DNA of 64,000 bases from the human T2T-CHM13v2.0 reference genome, Homo sapiens (GCF_009914755.1 NC_060943.1), one strand, 5' to 3'. Positions 16,042 through 32,003 are shown, counted from the first letter of the stretch. The notes: a model not told the origin generated them from the letters alone. Made by a program: numbers and translations.

Positions 16042-16342
16042 TTTTTTTTTTTTTTTTTTTGAGACAGAGTTTCGCTCTTTTTGCCCAGGCTGGAGTGCAG
16101 TGGCACGATCTTGGCTCACTGCAGCCTCCATCTCCCAGCTCAAGCGATTCTCCTGTCTCAGCCTCCCAAGTATCTGGGACTACAGGCACGTGTCACCACA
16201 CCCGGCTAATTTTTGTATTTTTAGTAGAGATGGGGTTTCACCATATTGGTCAGGCTGGTCTCGAACTCCTGACCTCAAGTGATGCACCCGCCTCAGCCTC
16301 CCAAAGTGCTGGGATTACAGGTGTGAGCCATTGCGCCTGGCC
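16042..16342 (-). mobile_element. Alu inserted in an L2 relic
   Basis: TSD aggaggtgacttt. Confidence 0.92.
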
Positions 16343-18090
16343 AGGAGGTGACTTTCGAGTTGAGATCTGAATGGCAAGTCAGCTGCGGCTTAAGCTGCAG
16401 GAGGGGAGGGAAGCTGTCAGAGGGAGGGAAGAGCAGTTGCAGACCCGGAGGCGGGAACAAACCACAAAGCCTGTAGAGTGGCTGAGGAGGCGTGGGCGAG
16501 CCGAGGGTGAGCCCCGGTGGAGTGCTGGCATCAGGGGGCCTTGTCCTGGGCTGAGGAGTTGAGGTTTTACTCTCAGTGCAGGGACAGGTGGTGCCGAGTG
16601 AAAGCCTGTGGCAGCAACCAGCCCGCTCCTGCACGGTCTCCTAAGCTAATTGTGCGCCTGCTTTGGGTCTGAATGGCGGGGACTGCACAGGACGTGGGTT
16701 TTCCTTCTACGGTGGGAGGTGATCTCAGGGAGTCTCCCTGCAGGTCCCCACCAGGTCTTCTGTGTGCCTACCATGGGCATGCAGTTCTGAAGCGCTGACT
16801 GGTGGTGGGAAACCTAGCCTGGAGATTGTCCCAGCCATCCCACCCAAGGCAGGGACAGGCCAGTGGGGCTACCCGAGCAAAGGCTTAGGGCAGCTGGTAG
16901 ACCGGGCTGCAAGAATGAGGCCGCAGAGTTAGTCTTAGAGTAGCACCTGGCAGGAGGCTGGCTCCGTAAGCCAGTGCTCGTCCTTGGCATTGTTGACTCA
17001 GTGGCTCAGCTGATGAGCCCGAGGCTGCTGGGGAAGGTGTCCTCCTCAGCCTTACAGCTCCAGCCCCCGCGTGATCCGCGTTTCTCAGGCCTCTGGGTTA
17101 CTGAGAGGCTGTTGGGGGTGGAGGTGCCCAGCGGTTGTTCACTGGGAAGAAGAACTCACCACCAGCGTCCCTTCATTTTTCCCAAGGAGTCACAGGCAGA
17201 GGTTTTTCCGAACAGGCTCAGCAGCCAGAAGTCCCCGCCTGGGCTTCCAACTGCCTACAGAGGTAGCTGCAGCCCTCCCCTCAGGCTGGCCTGTGTCACT
17301 GCCCTATTCTATGTCCAGGCCTCCCGGCACCCAGCCGCTGTCCCCATGAGTGCCCAGGGGAGCTCCCAGTTTAGCAGGGGGAGAGGGTTCCCCAGTGCAG
17401 AGTGGGTGGGAAGCCCGGGGCCTGTGACCTGTGTCACAGGGCATCTGAGGATGTTGTTCCTGGAAGGCAAGTGTGTGGCCACGGAGCTGACTTTGGGCTC
17501 TCATTTAGGAGGCTGACTCTGAAGGTCATAGTGGCTCAGCAGTGAAAGAGGAGGATCCCCACAGTGTGTGGTCTGTGTGGTCACTCAGGGATGTGACCTT
17601 TCTGACCCTCCTCTTCTTTGTCTTGGGTTGGGGGTCCCGGCCATATCCCCTTCCCAGGGATGTGCTAAGGTTTCAGGGAGCTCGGGTACATAAAGGGCTT
17701 GCCTGAGATAACTGCGTAGTAAATGACAGCTGTCAGTGGACTCCCTGCCGAACGTTGGGACACCACAGTTACGGACTTGTGCCAGGAGCCCCAGCTTCCT
17801 GCCACCCCTCACCGTGTACCTCAGAGTTCTCCTTTGACAACCCTCCATCTGGCTGTCCTGTCCCTCAGGGGTGGGCATGAGGCCCAAGTTCCTTCCTTCC
17901 TTTAGCCCACGTTCACTGAGCACCTGCTGGCCGGGCCCCAGGGAGCCACCCAGGTGGCTGCCTCCACAGCCGGGCTGGGCTTTATAACTAATTCTGTCGT
18001 GAGAGACTGGCCTTGGTGCCAGACCTCCCTCCCGGCCCACCTGCCGCCTCTGGGTTCCTTGTGGGCCACCGCCTCTGAGCAGCTGCTGCT

Positions 18091-18582
<492 letters not shown>

Positions 18583-19012
18583 CGTTTAACTGTGTTTTGA
18601 TGGACATTTTCAGACACAAGAAAGTAGGAGTATAATGAGTCTGATGGACCGACCCACTTTCTGGCTTCAGAATTGATGACTACATGGCCAATCTGTTCCT
18701 GCCTATCTCCATGCCACTCTCACCTGCATTATTTTGCAGCAGCTCTAAGATAGCTATCATTTTACCTATACATTGCTTGTGAAACAGTGGGAACACTCAG
18801 CCCCAAGCCGGCACCCTCTGTCCTCCACTGTCATCTGCCCCAGGCCCAGGATCAGACCACTGGGAAAGTGGCCAGGTAGGGCTGTGTCTCTTGTGGCTCT
18901 GCACACATGAGAGGTGGTGGGTGTGGTGCTCAGAGAAGAGCCAGCTCCACCCCCCAGCACCCCGCACAACCTTGCTGTTTGAAGGAGGCCGCCGCCCCAG
19001 GAGGGGCTTTAG

Positions 19013-19445
<433 letters not shown>

Positions 19446-19767
19446 TTTCCCCACTTCTTGCATAAAGGGTAGCATTCATGAGCATACCGTTCTGCACCTT
19501 GCTTTTTTCATTTGTGTCTTGAAACCTGTTCCCTGTTGGCTAAGAGAGCGCACACTCATTCTCTGTGGCGGCAGGGCTCCACTGCGTGGATGAACTCTGG
19601 GGAGCTAGCCGGTCCCTGCTGGTGGATATTGTGGTTGGTTCCGGTTCTGCATTCACAAGCTGCTGCAGTGACTGTCCTTACATGTATGATTTTTCATCTT
19701 TGCAAGTATGTCTGTAGGATTAATCTCCAGGTGTGTAATTGCTAATCAAAGGGTATATGCATGTTAC

Positions 19768-20047
19768 TTTTTTTTGAGATGGAGTCTTGCTCTGTTGCCC
19801 AGGCTGGAGTGCAGTGGCGCTGTCTCATTGCAACATCCGCCTCCCAGGTTCAAGCGATTCTCCTCCCAAGTAGCTGGGATTATAGGCACCCGCTACCACA
19901 CCTGGCTAATTTTTGTATTTTTAGTAGAGACGGGGGTTTCACCATGTTGGCCAGGCTGGTCTCCAACTCCTGACCTCAGGTGATCCACCTGCCTCAGCCT
20001 TGGCCTCTCAAAGTGTTGGGATTACAGGCGTGACCCACTGTGCCCCG
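19768..20047 (-). mobile_element. Alu
   Basis: Antisense Alu consensus. Confidence 0.9.
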
Positions 20048-21519
20048 CACATTTGTACTTTTGACTGGTCTTGCCAAATTGCCTTTGAGACGGAACCATG
20101 TCCTTGGTCAGGTCCTTTCTCATCTCTAAGCGTCCCCTGGAAAGTTGGGGAGATAATTTCTATTTCTCAGGGCCATTAGGAAGTGGAAACGAGATCGAGT
20201 TTGTCAATCGCTTAGTTTTGGGAGTGGGCGCAAAGTTACGGCTCCACCGGTAAAGCACAGTAGAAGGGCCCCAAGCAGTGTTTGTTCTCTTCCCCCATGC
20301 CTCTCTGCTGAGTGCCACTGGGGATTGTAGGAGTGGTGGGAGAGCGTGGGGATGATTACTGTTGGGAAATGCATGGCAGTGGCTGGAAGAGGGGGTCAGA
20401 AGCACAGACCTGCATTTACACTCACACTCTGGGATGAGGGACTTTCCTCCTCAGGGCGTCTGTCTCCCTGCCATGGGAGGCAGTGCATGTGTCAGCCATG
20501 GCCCTCGGCTGTAAGCCCAGAAACAGACCCCTGCAGAATTTGTAGCAAGGGAATGTGTGGGGAGGATGTCACCAGGCAGGAGGACAGCTGGGCCCTCGCA
20601 TGGGCGGGATTGAGGCCACTGGATTCCCTAGGTAGGGAGCTCCCCAAATACAGGAAGAAGGTTAGAGGCAGGAAGAGCCTTTTCTACCCAGGAAACCTGA
20701 CCAGTGCCACGCAGTGAATATACAGGGTCCTCACGCAAGGACCTGAGAGATGTGTGGGCAGCTGTGTGCAGTGTATACAGGGAGTCCAGGGGCTGGTGTG
20801 AGCCCTGCTCTTGAGGGGCCTCTGGATGCCCGCGGTGGGGTGCTGGGGCCTCCACGGGCGTCATTCTGTGGTTGCTCCAGGATTGGACTTAGAAATCTGG
20901 GTTTGACTACATATCAGGCTGCCCTGGGGCCCCTTTCAGTAAAGATACTCCCCTGAGAAATACCTGCCCTTGGGAAGCCCACTGCATTGGGCTTACATGA
21001 CTGATCAGACTCTGATTCTGTGTGGAGCAGCCTGGGGAAGGGCTTGGAGGCGGGAGTGAGGATGGTCTCCACGTGGGCAGTGTAGACGTGTGGTTTTGCA
21101 GGGATAGAGACGTGCAGCAGCACATCCGCAGAGGTAGCGAGGCCTTGGGGGTGTGGGGTTCCCACAGAAAGCTCTGTGGGTACTCTTCTGCCTCCTCCTC
21201 CCTATTTCAGGCCCCAGGAGGCCTTGTGTGGTTCTGTCCCTCCCCTGCCCCCCAACTGAGGCCGTGGCATTGTGGGAGCAGAGGACGGAACTGGACACCT
21301 AGTGAAGGTGCGTAGAAGGCATTTGCCCCAGGCTGGCTCTGGGCTGAGCACACCCATTGGTGACCTCATCACGTGCACACCTTCGCTGCCTGAGTGCAGG
21401 GCACCCAAAAGCCTGCCATAGACAAGAAGGGACCTTCCCTGAGTTCACCCAGCTGGCCCTGTCTGAGTTGGGGACTCACACCTGTGCTGACTCCAGAGAC
21501 CCACCCCAGCCCCACCTTC

Positions 21520-21865
21520 CTGTTCCTTCAGTCAACACATATTTATTGAGCACTTACTGTGTGCCCAGTAAAGACCCTTCTGGGGATATTTCAGTGAACA
21601 AAAGGGGTAAGAGTTCTCCCCTCATTATAGCATAAATGCACAGATCAGTACGCTTCCTGCTGGGTCATGAGAAGTGCCACCTAGAGAAGGAAGCAGGGAT
21701 TCATAGTGATAAAGGGGCTGACTTTTTGGAGGGTGGCCAGGGAAGGCCTTTGAGGAGGTGACTTGGGAGTGAAGACCTGCAGGCAGGGAGGGAAGGAGCC
21801 GTTGGGGTGTGAGGAAGAGGGGTGCTCTGGGCAGGGGGTAACAGGTGCAAAGACCCTGAGGCACT
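21520..21865 (-). mobile_element. L2 fragment
   Basis: tcaacacatatttattgagcacttactgtgtgcc..cagggaaggcctttgaggaggtgac..aacaggtgcaaagaccctgaggc. Confidence 0.7.
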
Positions 21866-23809
21866 GTGTCCAGATGGCTCTGCCACTGGCAAGGATCAGG
21901 ACCTCAATGACTGTAGCAGCCCCTCCCCAGCACCCCCAAGTGAGGTCTGGCCATGCAGCTCTCCCATGTGCATGCTTTGCCTCCCGTGCTCCATAAGCAG
22001 GACCTTGACCCCTCCAGCCTCCTTGCTGACCCCTCTCGTCTCACACTCCAGGTCCCGATCTGTGCAGCTCACTGCCAGATGCATCAGGCAGCCTCCTGCA
22101 CCTGCACTTTCTTCACAAAGTTCCCTCTGCCAGAGACGCCTTTTGCATCTTTGTCATCTCTGAGACTTTTCCAGATGCCTCCCGCTGCAGCTGATCCCAG
22201 CCTGGCCATCCTCCCCGCCTCCATGTCCCCTCCCTCCCTCCCTCCATCATAGCCTTGATGCTGTTCTGCCACTGCCCCTGGATTTGTCTCACTGATTGTG
22301 CAGAAGGCTCTGGGACAGAGCTGGCTTGTGGGGGATTGGGCCACTGCCTATTGGAGGCATTTGGGGGCTGTCCCAGGGGTGAGTGCACCCCAGGCTGGAC
22401 CAGGTGCCCACACCTCTCCCGCCCAGCACTGGCACCTGTGAAGGGCCTCTGGAGGCTGGGTCTTCCTGCAGGCACCAGGAAGAAACCTACGAGCGCATCC
22501 TTGCTGAGGGCAGGACCCGCTCTCCACATCCTGGAAACCCAACAGAGAAAGACAGTCTCTCTGGCAGCCTCCCTGTCTTGAAGTTCGAGAAGGCTGCATT
22601 TCTAGGCTCCCACAACCTGTCTGTCCGGTTTGAAGCCGGGGCCTGAGGGCTTCAGGGTACTGATGCAGGACAGACAGCTCTGGTTCAAACCTCCCTCTGT
22701 CCGCTCCCACAGGTGTGGCCTCAGAAGACCATTCCCTCTGTAGCGTGGTAGAGGCTGGAAATTCTACTCTGCAGGATTATGATGCGGATTAAATGCAGTA
22801 ATCGAGTGTTTGGCAGAGTGCCTGGTAGGGAAGGGGTTCAGTAAAGAGCTGCTCGCACCATTCTGTGCAGGGAATGCTTTAGGGCATGTTTTAGAATTTT
22901 AGAACGTGTTTCACTACATGAGTAGCTTCTTGCAGCTTTGAGGCCCTGGCATCCCTCTCCCCTGCCTGCAGGCTTCCTTGTTCACTGGGCCAAGTCCCCG
23001 CAGTAATCTTCCTAAGCATGGAGTAGACCGGGCCCTTCCTGGCCAGAACATCCCCATCTACCTTCAGGGTCTACTGCAGTGGCCAGATGTGAGCTTCTCC
23101 TCTGTCCGCTCACTCACCTTCTCTGTGCCTGTCTTGGCCCCTTCTCTGTGCCTGGCTGGCCCCATGTGGAGCAATGTTGGGGTAACAGTGTGGACCACAG
23201 ACCACCCCATGCTGTCTTCCTAGGACTCATAGTCCAGTGGGGGAGACACACAGGTCTCCAGATGGTGACAACTCAGAGGGGACAGGGCTGAGACGGGGAG
23301 CCCAGAGGGTGGGGCCTGACCTACCGTGGGGATCAGGGAGGGCTTCCTGGAGAAGGCATCCCTAAGCTGAGAATTGAAGAAGTAGTAAGCAGTGAGAGCA
23401 TGTACCGTGTAATGTGTAAAGGGGAGGGAGAATGTGAGGTGCTGGGAAGCACCGGGCCCTTCGGGGGACGGGAAGAATTTGGGTGTGGCCAGAGCACAGT
23501 GCCCCATGAGTGGAGAGGTCCAGATTGTCTATTTTTCTTTTCTTTTTTTTCCCCCAATGATCCTAGAAATTCTCCCAAGAGAGGTCCAGATTTTTTGACA
23601 AGGCTGAAGGGCGGCCCCTGAGACCTGACTCTACCTGTCTGCCTGGCCTTTCCTCAGTCCAGTGCGTGCACGGCCCCCTCCTCGCTCTCACGCATCATCT
23701 GTGTGCTCCTTCCCTGCCAGACAAGAACCCCTGGAGGGCAGGGACCAGTTCAGAGCCATCCCTGTCTCCCCAGTGCCAGCACAGAGCTTGGCCTGAGTAG
23801 GTTTTGGGG

Positions 23810-24120
<311 letters not shown>

Positions 24121-24141
24121 TTACCAGATGAGAGGCAAGAC

Positions 24142-24187
24142 GGAATTCTCCTAAATTCGAAGCTTGGAATTCTCCTAAATTCGAAGC
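24142..24187. repeat. Perfect tandem duplication, 24-bp period
   Basis: ggaattctcctaaattcgaagc at 24142 and 24166. Confidence 0.92.
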
Positions 24188-24312
24188 CTGAGGCAGAATG
24201 GTTGAAGCAAAAAGAGGAGATTTGTTGTCTTATGGGTCTGAAGGGTCCTGAATAGTGTGGTGTCAGGCACAGTATCTCTTTATCAAACAATATCTCTTTA
24301 ATCTCTGAGCTT

Positions 24313-24630
<318 letters not shown>

Positions 24631-26094
24631 TCATTCGCGGAAGGCTGTTCCCTCCTGATGGGTGCAGGGATGGCTGCCAGTAGCTCTAGAAATGGGATGC
24701 AGTCTTAACCACCCTAGTGGGAAGAGAGCTCCTCTTTCCTGAGAGTTCCATCTCAGGGCGTAGGACCGGCTGTGGCTGGCTCTGTAACCTTCCTGTCCCT
24801 GACCGATCATTGTAACAGAGGTTGTGGGACGGGGCACCTATCCACTCCTAGAACCTTTGGGGAGGACAGCGGGGAGTCAAGGTAAAGTGAAGAGGCCTAT
24901 CCAGGCTCCTGGGGTGAGAGAGATTGGGTGACCAAGGCTGGTCCACCCAGGGGAAGACAGGAAGAGAAGTGGGCCATTCTGGCCTCAGACCTCTTCGTCC
25001 TTTCCCAGACCCCACGCCAAGGCAGAGCTCCCTGTGGGATGAGTTTCTCACTTGACCTGAAATCTCTACTTGTGGGGCTGCTGCAAGTGCACAGGCTTCA
25101 GGAAAGGTGGACCACACCCCCTGTGCCCCAGGCTCCTTCCCGAGGGTGTGCAGCCCACCATCCAGATAGGGGTGGATGGTGCCCAAGTCGTGGGGGCTGA
25201 CAAGCATGGAGAGTCCTGCAGAGAGGCCCAGCACCGGATTCCCAGGCTGCTCCTTGAGACGCTGTCCCACATGGGCCGGTCACTCACCTGCCATGAGACT
25301 CCCAACTGGGACCTTCCCTGCAGAGCCTGTGAGGTGGAACGATGGTGATGGTGCCCCCTTGTGGGGTAGGTGCATGTGGCAGGCACAGAGTGGTGGCAGC
25401 AACTGTAACATACGGTTCTGGAGGGCAGGGACAGGGGCCCTTCCTGTGTGCCTTGTGGTGCTGAGTGCCAGGCTGGGTGAGCTCACCAAGCCCTCCCTGG
25501 GAAGGTGCTGTTGATGCAGCAGGGAGGCCCAGGGCAGTCACTGCTCTGTGCTGTTGGCGACGGAGCAGGGATTGGAACCCAGGCGCCTGGCTTCGAGGCC
25601 CGCATGCTGTGGGGAAATGGGGCTCTGCCATGTTGGTGGTTATTTATTGTCGTGAACAAGAGCTCAGGCCTGGTTTCCAGGTGTGACTTTATTGCACCCT
25701 CGCCCTACCTCCCCGGCTTGAGAATTCTGGAAAATACCACAATAAGTGTTTCTTTTCTCTTTTGAGATTATGTAAATAATACTTGCCTCCATGCTCTTAA
25801 AAGAAAATGACATCTCTATTTCCATGTGTTGCGGTGTTTCCTGGTTTGGGACCCCACCAGCTATCCAGTCACCCAGGCTTGAAGCCAGGTTCTTCCCAGC
25901 TTCTCTCTCCACCCTGCCCATCCCTGTGCATGTAGCAGTGACCAGGTCCTATCGATTATCTGATTATCTGCCGGAAGCCTCAGGAATGGGAGCCTTCTGA
26001 GTCAGCACATCACCAGGAGCACGGCCTGTGGCCAGGCTGCTCAGGGGCTGGTGATGTTGGTTTCTTTCACCTTAATGTGTGAGTTGTGTAGTAA

Positions 26095-26747
<653 letters not shown>

Positions 26748-26824
26748 GACCTGTATGTGCCTCAGTATTCAAAAGATGTAAAAAGGTGGACAGAGATTCA
26801 ACATAAAGAAATGATCAATGTTTG

Positions 26825-27252
<428 letters not shown>

Positions 27253-27384
27253 GTATATAGAGAGAAGGAAGTTTCTCTCTCCCTGTCCTCCTTTGGCTTT
27301 GCCAGCTCACCTTCCTAAAAGCAGTCACCTAGTTTATTGTATGTCCTTCTGGAAGGATCTCTGATGGAGCTTAGCTAATGACAA

Positions 27385-27550
27385 TCCACAGCAGCCACAG
27401 CCCAGGCCAGCCGACAGAGTTTGTAAATAAAGTTTTATTTGCACATGTCCAGGCTCATTTGTTTATATACTATCTATTACTCTTTTCATGCTACAAGGCA
27501 GAGTTGAGTAGTTGCTGCAGAGCCTAGTCTGATCATTTAAGCAAAATATT
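27385..27550. mobile_element. MER58-like hAT-Charlie element, ending at the EIF5A retrocopy
   Basis: tttgtaaataaagttttatt..gctacaaggcagagttgagtagttgc..aaaatatt. Confidence 0.7.
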
Positions 27551-27579
27551 GTGATGCCTGCAGCTGTGTGTGTTTAAAG

Positions 27580-29050
27580 TCAAGGCAGGGTGGTAGAGGC
27601 AGCGGCAGCAGCAGGCCCAGAGGCAGCGGTTGGGTTTGCAGCGAGAAGACAAGGTTGAGTCAGTGTGTTTGCGAGAGCTGGAATCGAAGCCTCTTAAAAT
27701 GGCAGATGATTTGGACTTCGAGACAAGAGATGCAGGGGCCTCGGCCTCCTTCCCAATGCAGTGCTCAGCATTATGTAACACTGGCTTCGTGGTGCTCAAA
27801 GGCTGGCCCTGTAAGGTCTTTGAGATGTCTGCTTGGAAGACTGGCAAGCACAGCCGCGTCAAGGTCCACCTGGTTGGTATTGACATCTTTACTGGGAAGA
27901 AATATAAAAATAACTGCCTGTCACCTTATAATGTGGGTGTCCCCAGCATCAAAAGGAATGACTCCCAGTTGATTGGCATCCAGGAAGGTACCCCTCACTG
28001 CTCCAGGACAGCAGGGAGGTGCGAGAGGACCTTCTTCGTCTGCCAGAGGAGACCTTGGCAAGGAGATGAGCAAAAGTACCGCTGTGGAGAAGGGACCCTG
28101 ATCACCGTGCTGTCTGCCATGACAGAGGAGGCAGCTGTTGCAGTCAAGGCCATGGCAAAAGAACTGGCTCCCAGGGTGACAGTGGTGGCAGCAGTGATCT
28201 TCTGAGACTGCAGAGGCCCCCTCCTCTGGCCTTCTGTAGGCTGGACTCTTCCTACACAATGTATTTGATGTTTTATTTTGTTTTTCCCACCCCTTCAATC
28301 TGTCGGGGAGCCCCTGCCCTTCACCTAGCTCCCTTGGCCAGGAACAAGCAAAGCCATGGCCTTGGTGAAGCTGCCATCCTTTTCCCTGCTCGCACTACAG
28401 CCCTGGTTGGGGGGAGACGGTGGGCGATGCTTGTGGTTTATTTATTTGAGACAGAGTCTCACTCTGTTGCCCAAGCTGGAGTGCACGGGGCACCATCTCG
28501 GCTTACTGCAACCTCCACCTCTTGGGTTAAGCAGTTCTCCTGCCTCAGCCTCCCGAGTAGCTGGGATTACAGGCACGTGCCACCATGCCAGGCTAATTTT
28601 TGTATTTTTAGTAGAGACAGGGTTTCACTATGTTGGCCAGGCTGGTCTTGAACTCCTGACCTCGTGATCTGCCCGTCTCGGCCTCCCAAAGTGCTGGGAT
28701 TACAGGTGTGAGCCACTGAGCCCGGCCTTATTTATTTATTTTAATTCAATCTGGAATCAGAAAGCGGTGGATTCTGGCACATGGTCCTTGTGCCCTCCCC
28801 ACTCACCCCTGGTCTGGTCCCCTGTTCCCCATGGTCCTATACCCTAAGCACGACCCCCACAGACTAAGGCCAGCCCCCTGCCGTACCTGTGCCTCTCCCC
28901 AAACCCCTTTAGATGGGGAGGGAAAAGGAGGAGCGGGGAGGGGTCCTGCCCCCATGGGCTTTACCCTTCCCTGCGGTCTCTCTCCCCAACACATTTGTTA
29001 AAATCAAACCTGAATAAAACTACAAGTTTAATATGGAAAAAAACAATAAT
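27580..29050 (+). pseudogene. EIF5AP3: EIF5A processed pseudogene (5'UTR + CDS + full 3'UTR + A-tail remnant)
   Basis: Intronless [25 protein letters not shown]...KTGKH...[13 protein letters not shown] from ATG 27699; EIF5A-like 5'UTR (gaatcgaagcctcttaaaATGG); AATAAA at 29013-29018 and A-rich tail at 29037-29050. The P3 number is from recall of the locus. Confidence 0.93.
28437..28727 (-). mobile_element. Alu inserted in the 3'UTR of the EIF5A pseudogene
   Basis: Flanked by ttatttattt; EIF5A-like 3'UTR resumes at about 28740. Confidence 0.9.
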
Positions 29051-30359
29051 AGTCGAGGCAGACCTGGGCCTTTTAGTCTGTACTCTTGCCTCTGTGAGCC
29101 TTGACTCTGAAAAGGGGATAGTAAAAGGATGTCTCTTGGGGTGGCTGGGGGGCTTCTGTGGGGTCCAGGCAGCACAGGACCTAACCAGCAGGGTGCCAAG
29201 CAGGGGGATGCCTGGGCTGCAGGCATTGACTCGCCTGTGTCCCACAACCCCTCTTGGAGCTGGAGCACTAGCGGGGGCTCAGCTGCCAAAACCCAGGGAC
29301 AGGTGAGGCTGTCACCATCCAAGATGGCAATCTGGTGTGCCATTCCTGACTGCCAACCTGCACGATCAGGTCCCCTCCCCGTGAGTACTACAGGGGACCC
29401 CACTCCTGCAGAATACAATCCTCCCATGAGCCTGAATCCATCCTGTTGCTGCTCTGCCCCTCGCCCCCAGTGGCTCCGGTCTCCTGCAGAATGAGAGCGA
29501 AGTCCTCACCAGGGTCCACGGGGTCACCGTCCCACATCATCCCCAGTGCTCCCCTCCCGGTGTGCTTTGGCGCCGAGCCTGCTCCCACCGTCACACTTAA
29601 GCCTGCCCCAGTGGTTGCTGCCTGCCACGGGGTTTGCACAGGGACTGCGCAGTGGGCCTCCTGAATGAAGACCCAGACCTGAGCCCGGTGGGGCCTCTGG
29701 GAACACTCCTTTCAAGGCCAGCTCACCCTGGCTCCTTTCTGTTCATTCCAAAATAACAAAATAACACCTGCATTGCAAAGCGTGGTTATTCTGAGCCTGG
29801 TTGCCATCACAGTCATATGGGGACCTGTTAAAATCTGGGCCCCTGGGCCCTAGCTAGGACCTCCTGACTCTGGTGCTCTGTGAACCTGGCTCGCAGACGT
29901 CCCGATTTCATGTGGTGGACACTGGGGCATGGGAAGGTCATTTCCAGCCAGAGGTAGCATGGTTGTTACGGAGCAGCCCTAAATATTCCTGCTCCAGGCT
30001 TGTCTGGACTTCCTCCCTCCCCATCCCTCCTCTGAGAGTTGACACCCTCCCACTGTGTCCCCCAGCCCGCACAGTGTTGCTTCCTGGTGTTTTGACTCCC
30101 ACTTGGATGACTGTGTCTGTTTCCCCCGCCCTGCTCCAGGCTGGCACGGATGGTGTGAGTCATCACCGCCCCCTGATGCCCAACCTGTCCTTGCATCTCT
30201 TGGGTACCATTGCACCTGTGTGCAAATGCCAGACAGACATCTCTCTGCCTGTCACCTGATGCCCGGCGTCAGGTTTCTCTCTGTCCCTTTGTGAGGGCCA
30301 CAGCCGGCGGGAGTGGGAGGCAAGCTCTGTTTGCCCTTCATCCTCTCCCTGGGGAGCTG

Positions 30360-30377
30360 GCTGCCACCTGCTGGGCG
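30360..30377 (-). promoter_or_regulatory. CTCF motif
   Basis: CGCCCAGCAGGTGGCAGC on - strand matches the core consensus. Confidence 0.6.
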
Positions 30378-30736
30378 AGCGGCAGAGCCCCATCCCTGCA
30401 GCAGCAAGGCCCTGCCCGCCAGCTGCTGCACAGCAGCATCTCTCCCTGGAGCTCATGCCTTTCACCATCCCACCCAGGGCTCCCCACACCCTGCCTCCGC
30501 CCCAGCCCTTCCCCTCCTCAGGCCAGACAAGGGAGCCGAGAGTTGAGCTGTGCTGTGGTTTCAGGTCAAGACAGTCCTGGGGTGTGTTCCAGTCCTGCCA
30601 CTTCCAGGCTCCATCCCTTGGGCAGGTGTCTTTTCTTCTCCCAGATTGCTTCCCTGATAAGATGGAGGTCTAGTTATGCCAGCATCATAGGGGTGCTGAG
30701 CTGGCCAAGTGAAATTGTGCATGGAAAGTACTTAGG

Positions 30737-30847
30737 AGCTGGGTGAGGCGGCTCACGCCTGTAATTCCAGCACTTTGGGAGGCTGAGGCAGGAGGATTGC
30801 TGGAGCCTGGGAGTTCAAGACCAGCCTGGGCAATATAGCAAGACCTT
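30737..30847 (+). mobile_element. FLAM/Alu monomer
   Basis: Single arm. Confidence 0.8.
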
Positions 30848-31433
30848 GACCCCTTTGTTTTTTAGAAAGTGCTTATTAGCACTATGCATTACACAGAGTA
30901 AGTTTCTGATACCGGGAAGTGGCTGCCACCATCACCACCACCATCATCATGTTTTTCTCCATTTGTGTCTCCTGCTGACTAAGCCACACTGTGACACTGG
31001 TGCCAGCTACTTCATGGGTGCTCTCACGTCCCTTGTTGCCTGCGACCCCACAGGTGTCCCTTTCAGGGAGGGAAAGAGGTTGCTGTGGTCATTTAACACA
31101 GCCTCGGCAGGCCAGGGATGGAACTCAGGTCTTCTTATTCCAAGCCGTTACCTCTGCAGATCCATCCCCAACACATGCCTGCTTTGTAGAAAATACTCAC
31201 ACACCCAAACACATGTGTTTTGAACACACCTGTCCTCCTCTCTGACAGCCACTTGAATTCTGGTCCCTGCTTAATGGGCCTTCAGAGCCTTGGACTTGAG
31301 CAAATGCATCTGAGCCCTGACCTTGAGACCCACACTCACACACGTGCCCACCCCCACATACTTGTGTGCACATGGTGGATTTACTGCATGCTGGAAAAAC
31401 AAGAGGAATGTAAAAGCTAAGGAGCAGTTACGT

Positions 31434-32003
<570 letters not shown>

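Noticed and set aside
24142-24187. Polylinker or vector contamination (EcoRI, BstBI, HindIII sites)
   Set aside because: Explained by a local 24-bp tandem duplication; no other vector sequence nearby.
25451-25466. REST/NRSE site
   Set aside because: Only the left half (TCAGCACCAC on -) matches; the GGACAG half is absent.
27630-27698. 23-aa N-terminal extension of the EIF5A-like ORF
   Set aside because: It starts at TTG within retrocopied 5'UTR; the true homologous start is ATG 27699.
30846-31223. ORF with a poly-His run resembling a His-tag
   Set aside because: A simple (CAC/CAT)n microsatellite at about 30926-30950, with no vector context.
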